A stretch of DNA of 64,000 bases from Octopus sinensis (lineage: Eukaryota). The translations under genes and the position numbers were made by a program. This document shows, one piece after another, positions 1 to 13,800 of the stretch. Positions within the stretch are counted from its first letter, which is position 1, and each line of letters starts with the position of its first letter. The DNA is taken from positions 37,324,001 through 37,388,000 of the forward strand of contig NC_043006.1 of NCBI RefSeq assembly GCF_006345805.1, written 5' to 3'. The notes beneath the pieces were generated by a model. The model saw nothing but the letters and a program-made list of their open reading frames with translations. It did no database searches and was not told where the DNA came from.

Positions 1-263
1 ACAGAGAAAGAAAGAGAAAGAGGTACGGAGAAATGCGTGTAAGAGTAAACGAAGAGAAAACATGGCTGGCATTTACTGTCAACCATTAAGGTGTGCAATA
101 GTAGTAGTAGTAGTAGTAGACATACACATGCATGTATATATAAACATACATATGTATGTATACACAGACACATATGCATGTGTATACGTTAATGCAATTA
201 TATAATTATTTACGTACGTATGTATGCACATATGCATATATATATAATGGTGTGTGTGTGTGT

Positions 264-309
<46 letters not shown>

Positions 310-556
310 CATATATATATATATATGCATGTGAATATGTATATTTATGTATATGTAGACGTGTGTGTGTGTGTGTATGAATGGATTGTACGTATGGATA
401 CACACTCACATGCGCATACAGATGTACATATTCGTGCACCGTAGGATTACCAACAATGGCAGCAGCAGAGATTTTCTGTACCAAAAAAAATAGACATCTA
501 CTGATCTATTAATAGAAGACTGGGCTACACATCAGAAATTCCGCTTACATAATTAA

Positions 557-683
<127 letters not shown>

Positions 684-2089
684 TATATACATATATATAT
701 GTATATATATATTATGTAAGCATGTATATTATGTGTATATTATGCATGTATGCATGTATAAATATATGCCAGTATGTAAAGAGAAAAAAGTCCATTATGG
801 CCCTATGTCTCTTCTCTCTCTCATCTGATTATGTCCAGGCTTATATCTCCCAAGATAATGCTACATGAAAACCAGTTTTGTGAAAAATTTCGAGGATGAA
901 ATAAAATAGCTCTTTGAATTGGAAGAATTAATGTTCTATTGGGAGGAATAAGTGCGGTACAATTGTTAGAAAATCTCTTGCCTTAAAGAGTTCAAAGAGT
1001 TATGATTGAAAAGGTAATTGCTATACCGGCTGAGGTGAATTCTTCTCTGGTCGTAGATTTCATTACTGATTTTTCAAATTTATTTTTGGATAAACGGGCA
1101 AATTGGCTAAATCATTGACTGGCACTCCGTCAGTTACGACGACGACGGTTCCAGTTGATCCGATCAACGGAACAGCCTTCGTGAAATTAACGTGCAAGTG
1201 ACTGAGTATTCCACAGACATGCGTATCCTCAACGCGGTTCCGAAGGAGATTTTGCGTGGCACAGAACGTGACAAGGCTGGCCCTTTACAATACAAGTATT
1301 ACTCATTTTTGCCAGCTGAGTGAACTGGGGGCAATGAGAAATAAAGTGTCTTGCTCAAGGACACAACGTTTCAGTGGGAATCGAACTCGTGACCTAACGA
1401 TTATGATTCGAATGCCCCTAACCACTAAGCCACTCACCTTCACAGAAAAAAATATACTTTGCAACTTCTGTTGCGACTCTTTCTGTTCTGAGTTTTTGGA
1501 CGTTGATTAACCCATTCGTGCCAAAACTTTTCTAGCGAATGAAATTGCCTGAAAATTCACAGATACTATTATTTTGACCTAAATAACGACTGAAAAAAAT
1601 TTCATTGAAATCCGTTTGATACAGACTGCATACGTCTTGTTTCATTCTTTGATACAGATCATACACAAATCACAATTTGCATCAAGTATTTGTTTTATAC
1701 CCTTATAAATTAAGTGTCAGTTTAAACGGACAATCGATATGACTGGGTTAATCTCTTCGGCGATTTAACACTAACTTGTCTTTGGTTGATTTCAGTGGAG
1801 TGAATTATTTTGCAAGCATTCGTGTCTGTTCTCGAATTTGGGAACAAGTTACCCCTTTCTATCAATCTGTTTCGGAAGACCCCCAAATAATTCTTTTTAA
1901 TTTTGGCATGAGGTGAGGAATTTATCGACCACAGTGTTTGAATTGTAATATATTTTACCAACCCAGAATGGATGAAGGACATATTTGGCCACGGTGGCGT
2001 TTGGACTCAGAACCTAAAAATGGGAAAGAAAATGACCAATCGTTTTGTTCCTGGAGGGCCAAAGACTCTGTCAGCCTGTCGCCTTAATA

Positions 2090-2184
<95 letters not shown>

Positions 2185-2576
2185 CTTTTCTACTGGAAGC
2201 ACAAGGCATCAAATTTGAGGGAAGGGTTTAAGTCGGTTACACCGACCCCAGTGCGTAACTGGTACTTATTTAATCACGAAGGCGGCGAGCTGGAAGAAAC
2301 GTTAGCACGCCGGGCGAAACGCTTAGCAGTATTTCGTCTATCTATACGTTCTGAGTTCAAATTCCGCCGAGGTCGACTTTGCCTTTCATCCTTTCAGGGT
2401 CGATAAATTAAGTACCAGTTACGCACTGGGGTCGATGTAATTGACTTAATCCGTTTGTCTGTCATTGTTTGTCCCCTCTGTGTTTAGCCCCTTGTGGGTA
2501 GTAAAGAAATAGGTACTTATTTAATCAACCCCGAAAGGATGAAAGGCAAAGACCACTTCGGCGAAATTTGAACTAT

Positions 2577-2708
2577 GATAGGAATTGTTTCTGTTTTTAG
2601 ATTCCACATTCGAGTTACCTCTATTTCCAGGTCTTTGTATTTTGAAAGTTTCTCCATTTCTTTCAGAGAAACGTTATCATCTGCTGGTATTGATACATAA
2701 ATTAGCAA
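2577..2708 (-). mobile_element. R4/Dong-like LINE REL fragment
   Basis: VSIPADDNV..KE.EKLSKYKDLEIEVTRMWNLKTETIPII; abuts (ATT)n. Confidence 0.75.
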
Positions 2709-2987
2709 GTATTATTATCATTACTATTATTATTATTATTATTATTATTTGAATTTCAATTCCTGGACTGGGCTCTTGAGCAAAACACTACATCTCACTT
2801 TGCTCTGCGACCCACTTCGACACTCGAGTTATTTTACCATTAATTTATAGAGCACCTGTTTAGACAATGTCGATGTGATGGAGAGAGTGAGCTGATGTGC
2901 GGCACGAACATTTGATCACAATAAACAAATCATTTGTGCAGGGTGTTCGACAAAAGCTGAACGCTCATAAGTCTGCTGCTGCTTCTG

Positions 2988-3047
<60 letters not shown>

Positions 3048-3057
3048 GTTGTTGTTA

Positions 3058-3120
<63 letters not shown>

Positions 3121-3130
3121 TATTATTATT

Positions 3131-4560
3131 GTCTTTGCACAGCTTCTAACGCTGGAGATGTACTACAGTGTCAGCTGTTTACTACCAGTGAACTAAGATG
3201 ACACCCCTTATAATTATTGGTAATACTGCTACCTTTTTCATTGACCACAACTGCTTAAATTCCCAAGCTAACCTGTCATATCTCTCAACTTTTCTTTCTT
3301 CCTTATCGCTTGCCTTGTTGTCAGCTGGGCATGCTATGTCTATGACCCAGCATAGTTTGTTTTCTTTCTCAATTAAGACTATGCTCTGAATCATAAAATC
3401 CCATAGGATCTTTGCATTTCTATTTTCGTCGATCCCTTCAGGTTTGTGGTCGTACCAATTTTTTGCTCTGTCAAATCCATACTTGTTGAAAAGTGTCCAA
3501 TGGACAAGCCTGGCTATATTGTCGTGGCGTCTCTTATATTCCTTCCTGGCTAGTGGCGTACATTGGCTGGTTTCACCATACAGTTTCACCATTTTGTCCA
3601 CAGATTCTGCACTTATCACTCTCTGCTGTGTTGTCTATTCTGTATTTTATGTGAAAACTCACAGTTCATTTTGCTGGGTATGATGGAAAGTGTCAGCTGT
3701 CCACAGCCAGCAGACTAAAGGAACGCTTGTTTACTGGTCATACTTCAAGAACCCTGCGAAGAATTCTAGCATTTCCTGAGTGCCAATGTTAGGGGTATTA
3801 AGCAGAGAACGAAAGGCAACGGAGATAGGCTGTCACCTTGGCAAATCCCTCTTCTGATACCCAGGGTGCCCAAGCTTTAACCGTAAGATGACAATTCAGT
3901 TTTCCATCCCGCCATACTTCTCTTCAGGAAACATTTGATTCCTCAGAATTCCAAACAGATCTAAGCACTCAATGATCCACAAATGTGGAATCATGTCATA
4001 AGCTTTGCGATAGTCATTCCAGGCAATTCCCAGATTTGTTCTCTTTCATTTACAATCTTGCATTACCATTTTGTCTATCAATAATTGATCTTTGGTACCT
4101 CTGCATCTCCTTTAACAGCCTTTCTGTTCTGATTGTAATATATCGTTCTCATCGAGAAATTTATACAGTTCTTCTGCAATTCCTCCAGACCGTAACTTCC
4201 ACATTAACGGGAGGTAGGATATTGGTCTGTAATTGTCAGCAACATTTCCCTTTGATCAATCCTTCGGGCACCATACCGTTCGTCCTTTTATCAACCAGCC
4301 CGGTATTTCTTCTTCTCCATTGATCAATGCATTAAATTGTTCTGCGAGTAATTTATGGCAACTACTGAGCTTTTTTTTTATCCAAAATTCCTGAACACCA
4401 TCAGGTCCTGCTGCTTTCCAATTGCTTATCTTTTTACTCATATTTCTGATACTGTTTTCTGTGAAGTGGATAGCCTTCTGCTGGGGATAAGAAGCTGCTT
4501 GCTTCAGGCTGCAGACCCATTCAGTTGTAGTATTATGTTGTTTTTGCCTACTCCATACCA
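3131..4560 (-). mobile_element. R4/Dong-like non-LTR retrotransposon fragment (RT plus REL endonuclease)
   Basis: WKAAGPDG, AYDMIPH, QGDSLSP, KRRHDNIAR, IDIACP and KVERY, with frameshifts and a deletion. The 3' end runs into (TAA)n at about 2990-3130. Confidence 0.88.
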
Positions 4561-4744
4561 GGATATCTGTGTCCTTGATTAGTACTGAGAAGGATCTGAT
4601 ATATTCTAGAACAGTGTCTTTGTACCCAGATATATAATGACCTTGATCTTGATTAAATATTTATATATATATATAAATATATAGGAAGAGAGAGAATGAG
4701 AGAGAAAGAGTGAGAGAGAGAAAGAGAGAGTTATACGTACATAC

Positions 4745-4792
<48 letters not shown>

Positions 4793-4797
4793 TATAT

Positions 4798-4838
<41 letters not shown>

Positions 4839-4844
4839 GGAGGG

Positions 4845-5021
4845 AGAGCAATAAGAAAATGGAGGGGATCAATAGGTGGTATTTTCATCAACTGTTAGAC
4901 ATTATATTATGTCAATTTATTTATTTATTTACTAAAGGGACAATTATAACAATGTATAGCATAATAATGTCTAAAAGTTGATGAACCACCTAATGACCCC
5001 CCTCCATTTTCTTATTGCTCT
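4845..5021. repeat. Palindromic (foldback) element
   Basis: Arms of about 65 bp, AGAGCAATAAGAAAATGGAGGG...CATTATTATG, and its reverse complement; spacer about 48 bp. Confidence 0.85.
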
Positions 5022-5213
5022 ATAAATTAATGGTAAAATAACTCTTTACCCTCAGTCATTTATTACACTCGGTAATGTAATTTCAATGCGATAAGTAAAA
5101 AAAAACACTTGTGTATTAATAATTGGGTATTCTACCAGCAGTATATTGGATAGATATTATCCCTTAGTTGGTTGGATTCACAATCTCTAACTTTTTTGGA
5201 ATATATATATATA

Positions 5214-5411
5214 CAGTAATCCCTTGTCATATCGCGGTTCACCTATAGCGATTTATTATTTAAGCTCACGTTGTTGTTTTGCATTTATAATAAAATAAAT
5301 ATATACATATAAAAATGATTAAAAAAATACACCACTGTTTCTACTTTGCGGATTTTCGCCTATCGTAGGGGATTTTGGAACGTAACACCCACGATAGTCG
5401 AAGGATTACTG
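5214..5411. mobile_element. Tigger/pogo-like MITE
   Basis: TA|CAGTAATCC...GGATTACTG|TA, with imperfect TIRs of about 22 bp. Confidence 0.8.
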
Positions 5412-5487
5412 TAAATATATGTATATATATATATATATAGCAATAATAAATCTCTGAACGAGACGTAAACAGTAACTGCTCGACAAC

Positions 5488-5726
5488 GTAAAGTATACTA
5501 GCCATCACAATATGGCTAACCACTAAGGGCGGGTGTTACTGTAGCTTTTTAGCCCCAGGAGATAATCGTCTCCAGCTGGCTTCAGGCACACTTTCTGTGC
5601 CCTCTGTGCCCTTTTTTTGTTAAAGTGTGCTAAAGCCAGCCGAGACGATGATCTCCTGGGGCCAAAAAGCTACAGTAACACCCACCCTTAGTGGTTAGCC
5701 ATATTGTGATGGCTAGTATACTTTAC
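5488..5726. repeat. Palindromic (foldback) element
   Basis: Arms of about 107 bp starting GTAAAGTATACTAGCC and ending GGCTAGTATACTTTAC. A single arm fragment recurs at 31210-31270. Confidence 0.9.
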
Positions 5727-5730
5727 CTTA

Positions 5731-5770
<40 letters not shown>

Positions 5771-5789
5771 TGAATATATATATGTATAT

Positions 5790-6500
5790 ATAAACTTAGA
5801 TAAACTTAGATATGTTTCGACCAAAGATTGATCCAGGCCGTGTCTAACTTAATAACCCCACCTGATAGGAGTATTTAAATCTTTTTTTAATTCAAGTTTT
5901 GTGGTATCCATGGTCCATTCGAATAGGGAATTCTTGTTGAGGGAGCTGTATCCAGGTATAGGTGGCTTATCTGGTATTCCTTGAAGAAATTTGTCCAGAT
6001 TCCTTTTAAAGGTGATGAGATCCTTTTCCTCTTTCATCTGTTTCGAGACAGTGTTAAATAGGCTTCCTGTTGAGGAAAAGAAATTGTGTTGCAGTGTATT
6101 TATGTGTTGCGATTCTGAATTGGGTAGGGGATATATGACCAGTGGTCCGAGCCTTGGATGAATTTTGAAGCTAATGTTGAGGTCATTTTGGCAATGCTGG
6201 TGGTATATTCTGCACATCGTGCAAATGATGTATCGCTTACGGCTTAGGATTATCAGCAAATATTTTCACTTTAGTGTTTTTTTATGACGCTGGAAATTTC
6301 GTTTATATAGACTATAAAAGAGAAGCGGGCCCAAGACAGTCCCCTAATGAACACCACCGATGACTTTTGCTGGACTTGAGTGGATTCCACCGATCACAAC
6401 ATCTCCAGGAAGTACTCAGTCCAGTGTACAAGTGTATATATTTATAATGCCATTTGTATTTTTTTCTTTTGACACCTACACCACATCAATGATCAACTCT
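5790..6500 (-). mobile_element. CR1/L2-like LINE 3' fragment
   Basis: GTVLGPLLFIVYINEI (RT) and C-terminal LFNTVSK...FKRNLDKFLQGIPDKP; short tandem tail (TCTAAGTTTA)2. Confidence 0.8.
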
Positions 6501-6918
6501 TCTTTCTAGTCTATATATATATATATATATATATACACATTCTTTTATTTTTTTTCAGTCATTTGACTGCGGAGCACCACCTTTAGTCGAACAAATGGAC
6601 CTCAGGATTTATTATATCGGTCACTTTTTGCTGAACCGCTAAGTCACGGGGACATAAACATACCAACATCGGTTGTCAAGCGATGGTCGGTGACAAACAC
6701 AGACACACAAACATACAGACACACACACTCACACATACATATACATATATATACGACGGGCTTCTTTCAATTTCCGTCAACCAAATCCAATCACAAGGCT
6801 TTGGTCGGCCCGAGGCTGTAGTAGAAGACACTTACCCAAGGTGCCATAGAGTGGGACTGAACCCGGAACCATGTGGTTGCGAAGCAAGTTTCTTACCACA
6901 CAGGCACTCCTGCACCTT

Positions 6919-7003
<85 letters not shown>

Positions 7004-7330
7004 ATATTTATTTATTTATATATATATTTATATTTATATGTATGTATATATATTTATATATATACATATATATATATATAAAGAGAAAGAGAATATATAT
7101 ATATTCTCTCTTTTTTCTCTTTTACTTGCTTCAGTCATTTGTACGGCCATGCTGGAGCACCGCATTTAGTCGACGAAATCGACCTCAGGACTCATTCTTT
7201 GGAAGCCTAGTACTTATTCTATCGGTCTTTTGCCGAACTGCTAAGTTGCGGGGGCGTAAACATACCATCATCGGTTGTCAAGCGATGTTGGCGGGCACAA
7301 ACACAGACACATACATACATAAATACATAT

Positions 7331-7528
7331 ATATATAGAAAATAGTAAAAAGTGAAAAACTACAGAAGGCTTGTTTTAGAAGGTTAAAAAATATATATTT
7401 GAGTCATTATGTCTGAAGAATGTTATGCATTTTTTTCATACAATGACATAATGACTCAAATATATATTTTTTAACCTTCTAGAACAAGGCTTCTGTAGTT
7501 TTTTCACTTTTTACTGTTCTCTATATAT
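7331..7528. repeat. Palindromic (foldback) element inside a SINE microsatellite
   Basis: Arms of about 80 bp (7331-7413, 7445-7528) and a 31-bp spacer. Confidence 0.9.
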
Positions 7529-7561
7529 TCAACCACGTGCTTTCACACACCAACTTTCTCA

Positions 7562-7597
<36 letters not shown>

Positions 7598-7768
7598 CAT
7601 ATATACGACAGGCTTCTTTCAGTTTCCGCGTACCAAATCCACTCACAAGGCTTTGGTCGGCCCGAGGCTGTAGTAGAAGACACTTGCCCAAGGTACCACG
7701 CAGTGGGTCTGAACCCGGAACCATGTGGTTCGTTAGCAAGATACTTACCACACAGCCATTCCTACGCC

Positions 7769-7821
<53 letters not shown>

Positions 7822-8077
7822 CAGAAAATATTGACTTTTGAGATTTGCTTCTATATATATTTTATAGTTTGCTGAATATAGTTTATATAAGACTGGAATT
7901 GCGGATTTCCCAAACACAGTGTCTTAGCTTCATCGATGCCTTCTGTGCTGACTAATGTATAGATTAATCTTTTAAATTATAGATTACTTCACTGTCTGCT
8001 CTGCAGTATTCAGCCTGGCCAATTAGTGGCATGCTTCACGTTAATAAATCTTGATTCTTAATGGATCCTTACAACTG

Positions 8078-8183
<106 letters not shown>

Positions 8184-8809
8184 ATATCTATCTATCTATC
8201 TATCTATCTGTGTGTGTATAAGATAATACATAATGTACATATATAATACATATGATATATGTTATGTCTAAATAAAAGTTGGGGTGAGCACGGTTGGAAC
8301 GCTCTTGATTTTTAGATCTGACCTGGGGTTAAACAATGCCAAAAAGATTAGACGATGACGATTGGAACAGCTTTGACCATGTGTCTGCCTGCCAGATCAG
8401 TATCCGTAAATCGTTCGACTTAGCCGTCACTGATTTAGCTGACCTCCTCTGAGGTTTTCAGAAAGGCTTTAACATAGGGACCCCGGTTCTAGCCAATCAC
8501 GTATTCTAATCACCATTAGTGCAACTAGGGTAGCAGGGGCGATGCAAGTGGCACTCTTGGGTCTGCTGCATAAGCTTGTATAGAGGATGGGGACGGGGTG
8601 GTGGCGGCGAACTCAAGGGCTGCACCGGATGGCACACACACTAGCTACGCCGCAATTATAATTAGATTAGTGTTAAATGGAGATAAGTGAAAGGAAGCGA
8701 AGCGACGATTGGTTTTTCAATAACTTGCTCAAAGATACCGACGGACCTGGAGGCTGGAGCTGCCAGTAACCGCTGGATTCATGAATAGTTGCACATTGGA
8801 TTTTGGGGT

Positions 8810-8813
<4 letters not shown>

Positions 8814-8858
<45 letters not shown>

Positions 8859-9063
8859 GCCACCACCACCACCACCAATACTGCTGCTACCTCTACTACT
8901 ACTATTACTACTACTACTAGCATTACTGCTGTTGTTGCTGCTGCTACTACTACTACTACTACTGCTACTACTACTACTACTACCACCACCACCATTACTG
9001 CTGCTACTGCTTCTGCTGCTGCTGCTGCTACTACTACTACCATTACTACTGCTGCTGCTGCTG

Positions 9064-9101
<38 letters not shown>

Positions 9102-9115
9102 GCTGCTGCTGCCTA
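8814..9115. repeat. Compound ACT/GCT/ACC trinucleotide tract
   Basis: Direct reading; it produces the poly-T, poly-L and poly-V ORFs. Confidence 0.95.
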
Positions 9116-9537
9116 CTGAGGTCTTTCACAGACTTATCGGTTTATTAGACAGTAGACAAATACAGGTATATCAAACGCCACACAACATACATTCTTAATC
9201 TATTAACATTATCTCTGTCAGTAGAGGATATATCATAATTACCAAAATGACAACTAAGTACAGCTCCCTGTGAGAAAAGCAGTTGTGGCTCGAGAGCTGT
9301 CACCAGCACGACAGTCGTTCAACCTTATTTCCAGTTATCAAAGGATTTTGGCTTATAAAAAAAAAAAAAATTAGTAGAAGACATGACCTTGATAACTTGT
9401 ATAAAATAAAAATAAACTAGGGGAAATAACTCAGAGTGACCAATGGCTTGTACTTGAACAACAGAGACAAGTACAGGTGTATCAAATACAATACAATATA
9501 AACTCTTGATTTAAGATATTAATAGCTAGCATCTTGG

Positions 9538-9862
9538 TGAAGGTGCGTGGCTTAGTGGTTGTAGACATTCGGCCCACGATCGTAATGTCGTGAGTTTAAT
9601 TGCCGGTGGCGCGTTGTGCCCCGGAGCAAGCCGCTTTGTTTAACATTGCTTCAGTTCACTCAGCTGGTGAAAATAAGTAGTACCTGTAATTCAAAGGGCC
9701 AGCCTTGTCACACTCTGTGTCTCGCTGACTCTCCCTGAGAACTACGTTAAGGGTACGCGTGTCTGTGGAGTGCTCAGTCACTTGCGCGTTAATTTCATGA
9801 GCAGGCTGTTCCATTGATCGGATCAACTGGAATCCTCGTCGTCGCAACCGACGGAGTGCCAG
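9538..9862 (+). mobile_element. tRNA-derived SINE family C (representative copy)
   Basis: Head AAGGTGCGTGGCTTAGTGGTT, then CORE/V-like TTGTG(T/C)CC..GAGCAAG. Minus copies at about 1121-1442, 20459-20775 and 36104-36422. Confidence 0.8.
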
Positions 9863-10862
9863 ATAACATCTTAGCCCGGTTTCTATGGCATGTATAAGTA
9901 GAATACTCTCCGTGGAATGGATCACTAGTCTTTGTAGAGTTAACTTCCCAACTGTCGTTTTGTATTCGTTTTAAATCGAGCGGACTAAATTAACGTGGGA
10001 TTAAGTGTTTCGTTCAAGAATGTCACTGTCCAGCCGGTGTGGCAATCGAAACCATGACCTAGCGATTGGGAGTCCAGATCGCTACCCACCAGGCCACGTA
10101 TCTTCACTAGGACTACCAATGATCGCTAATTAGTTACCTGTTGAATTGTTATTCATTATCAGAAAAAGCAACAGCAACAACAACAACAACAACAACAAAA
10201 CCGATGACGACAATGGCAGCAACAACAAAGACGACAACAACAACAACAGATGCTGTTTCCTTTTTACTGACATTTTAATGGCTTTAAAATCTAATTATCT
10301 AATTAAGACACAAGCGAGAAGAACGCACGAAATGCATCATCAATAAATAATAATTTATTTGGGATTCAAAGCAAAGAAGAAATTAATCGTAAAGTATTTC
10401 AATTATTGATCAATTCGTTAAAGTTCATTGTTCAGACAGGACCGAGTACAATAGAGCATTGGAAATACAGGTCGATGCGCCGCTAGTTCGAATCTTATCG
10501 AGGGCACTTTGTGTATTGTCTTTTAAATCAAGATGCTCTCAGCTAAAAACAAAATGAAGTCTAATTGTTTTTGTCATTCTTTGCACAACCAGTCATCTTT
10601 TAAATTTGATCTAAAACAGTGGTCTAAAAGCATTTTCGTCTGAAGACAAAAAGGATTTATTAGAGTATAGTTATTTAGATCTTTTACATTTTTCTTTTTT
10701 TCTTTTTGAGATTCCATAGACAAAATAGTTATTAGACCAAAGTGAGTTTAGACAAAAATGTCTTTAGATTATAGTGTATTTATACAAGAGTTACTTTAGA
10801 CCAAAGTTTTTTAGACCATAGTGCATTAGACCGAAGTGCTTTGGACGAAAAGTCTTAGAACC

Positions 10863-10900
<38 letters not shown>

Positions 10901-12316
10901 GACGATTTTGGCTAAGATACAACAGAAATACGCAATCAGAAAGAACTGGAAGTGCGATGCGGCCAGCGATGCATAATAAGATCCAATAGTTTGGTTGATA
11001 GAAATGATGGAACTGTCAACATCAGACAGGTGCAGACGAACGTTTAAATTTTCTTTATGAAAGTTTTTGTCTACAATTATACAGGCTACTCCTGCCTAAA
11101 TCAGTAAATGGTTTATTTCTACAATTACAAATTAAAAAAATGAAACACTCTTTGCTTGCCAAGTTGCATTTTTCTAACATGAGTTTTAACAAAATATACT
11201 TTTACCAAACGGAATTTCCTTAGCACCATCATAACTGAAACTAATAACAAAACCACCGACGAAAACAGTATGCACGCATACATACATACATACATACATA
11301 CATACATACATACAAACATACATACATACATACATACATTCATACATATATAAATAATACATACATACATACATACATACATACATACATACATACATAC
11401 ATACATACATACATACATACATACATACATACATACATGATGGTTGTAACTCGATTTCGAGCAATACCATCGTTAACATGAGCAGCATGGATGTGGCTTT
11501 TCAAACCCGCTAGGACCCTACACACTTTTGCTCAGATGTTACAACGATGGGCACCTTTTGCTATAAGGGTTCAAAGTTCTCACTATCCACGCCAGCACAA
11601 TACCTTCATTCTATCATGAAATTTTTCTTTGAATATTTTGCACTTTACCCTCCCTACGACCAATCTTAGTGGCCTTGAAAAAATTTTTAAAGTGTTACGG
11701 AAGCTGCTCCTCCCCACTTCGACCCCCGATGAATAAAAAACAAAGTCGACCTTGGCATGATTTGAATCCAGAGCAGAGAAATCCGAAACAAAACATCATT
11801 CCACGCGTTTAGATATATCTAGAACTGCATTATCTAATGTGTCTTTTCTTTATGTATGATTGTATGACGCAACATGACGGATATTTGGTTGCTGTTTCTA
11901 GTTGATCAAGTGACCATGCTGGTACTCTTCGTTAACTAAGGAAGATTCGGCTGTTATTTCTGGCAGGTCAATGATTATCAAACTTTTTCTATGGCCCCTC
12001 GCACCAGTCAGAAACATTTGTTTAATTTACGCACACTGTGGAAGATGGAAAAAAGTCAATTTTCTAGAAAATAACTAAATTGCAGCAGTCCTATTGCAGT
12101 GCATCTTGGGCAAGTTTTTTCTTTCCCTAAAGCCCCAGGCCGACCAATGCCTTGTGAGCGAATTTGTTAAGTGGAAACTATGCTGAAACTCATCATATGT
12201 GTGTGTATGTGTATCTTTATGTCTGTCGCCACTTGACAACCGGTGTAGATTTGTTTACGTCTCCGTCACTTGGTAGGTCGGTAAAATTATCGGTAGAATA
12301 AGCAAGTTACATAGTG

Positions 12317-13103
12317 CTGTGGTTCTCAACCATTTTTGTGTGTGAGATCCCCTTTGATTCCATTCTTACCCAGCTGTATCTCCATAAAAAGTGGTGCAAT
12401 AATGGGGTAGAGATTCATGTACAAAGTGGGGCAATAATGGGGTAGCGACTCATGTAAAAAGTGGGGTAACATTGGGGTAGCGATTCATGTAAAAAGTGAA
12501 GTAATAATGGGGTAATGATTCATGTAAAAAGTGGGGTAACATTGGGGTAGCGATTCATGTAAAAAGTGGGGTAATAATGGGGTAATGATTCATGTAAAAA
12601 GTGGGACAATAATGGGGTAGCGATTCATGTAAAAAGTGGGGTAATAATGGGGTAGCGATTCATGTAAAAAGTGGGGCAATAATGGGGTAGTGATTCATGT
12701 AAAAAGTGGGGTAATAATGGGGTTGTGATTCATGTAAAAAGTGGGACAATAATGGGGTAGCGATTCATGTAAAAAGTGGGGCAATAATGGGGTAGCGATT
12801 CATGTAAAAAGTGGGGCAATAATGGGGTAGCGATTCATGTAAAAAGTGGGGTAATAATGGGGTAGTTATTCATGTAAAAAGTGGGGCAATAATGGGGTAG
12901 AGATTCATGTAAAAAGTGGGGTAATAATGGGGTAGAGATTCATGTAAAAACAACAAAATTATGGGTTCAATAGGTTAGGTTAGCTACTTGGAATTTACTT
13001 TAGAAAATGGTTTATGCTTGTGATGGTTAGTTGGGATGGGGGCGCTGGGAATGCGGCCTGCGTGTCAAGGGGGTGGCAGCCCGAAATAGTTTGAGAACCA
13101 AAG
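12317..13103. mobile_element. hAT (Charlie-like) MITE candidate carrying a minisatellite
   Basis: Left end CTGTGGTTCTCAACC and right end (reverse complement) CTTTGGTTCTCAAAC resemble CAGTGGTTCTCAA-type TIRs. No clean 8-bp TSD. Confidence 0.5.
12384..12950 (+). repeat. 35-bp G-rich minisatellite, 16 units
   Basis: Consensus GTAAAAAGTGGGG(C/T)AATAATGGGGTAGCGATTCAT; exact 35-bp period from 12384 to 12943. Confidence 0.97.
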
Positions 13104-13769
13104 TAATGTAAAAATACTAAACTAATGTAAAAATACTTGTATTTCCTTTAAATATTTTAGTAAATTTATCATTTGTTTCATTTTAAGGCGGCGAGCTGGC
13201 AGAGTCGTTAGCACGTCGGGCAAAATGCTTAGCGGTATTTCGCCTGTCGCTACGTTCTGAGTTCAAATTCCGTCGAGGTCGACTTGCCCGCGTTCTTTGA
13301 AATTGCTTTGTGCCAAAATATTTGAAACCCATATTTGTTTAATTTAAAGCGTTGTGGCCACCTCTGGTTCGGAAAAATCAATAATTCGTGATCCGGAAAG
13401 GCTTTCATACCAAAGGTTCCAGAAAACTGATGTTGTGCCTGTACTACAACGAACGATGCGACAGAGGAGCACACTATTGTTCGAATATCTTCCAGTCGTG
13501 ACCATCCCGTCTTTTTGTATATCCCATGGGTACATTATTTAACATGCCCCTCCCCACTACCAGTATTCTTTCAAGTTGGAAATGTATGATCTTTAGTTCA
13601 AACTACATCCAATCGTCTTAGAAAAGGGTGGGATGCGTTTGATAAGAAGTTGACGAAACTGTTCTCATTGGAACTACTTTCGTTCATTGATCTGACTCAG
13701 ATCTGTCATAGGGCTGACTTGGATTAAAACACCGCCGCCACTACCATCGCCACCACTATCTCCACTATC

Positions 13770-13800
<31 letters not shown>

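Noticed and set aside
8781-9119. Mucin-like poly-Thr/Ala exon
   Set aside because: It is an ACT/GCT microsatellite open in several frames and has no linked exons.
11425-11490. Signal-peptide exon MLLMLTMVLLEIELQPS with a GTATGT donor
   Set aside because: The apparent donor is created by the (TATG)n microsatellite, and the peptide is a poor signal sequence.
12384-12950. 35-bp array as a CRISPR array
   Set aside because: Units are contiguous with no unique spacers, the context is eukaryotic, and there are no cas genes.
13262-13535. Minus-strand CUB-like exon (GFQIFWH; also SVDIVGRPGSVIMIRL near 17230-17300)
   Set aside because: The resemblance is only superficial. There are no consistent splice sites or phases, and the 13.3-kb stretch runs into a SINE.
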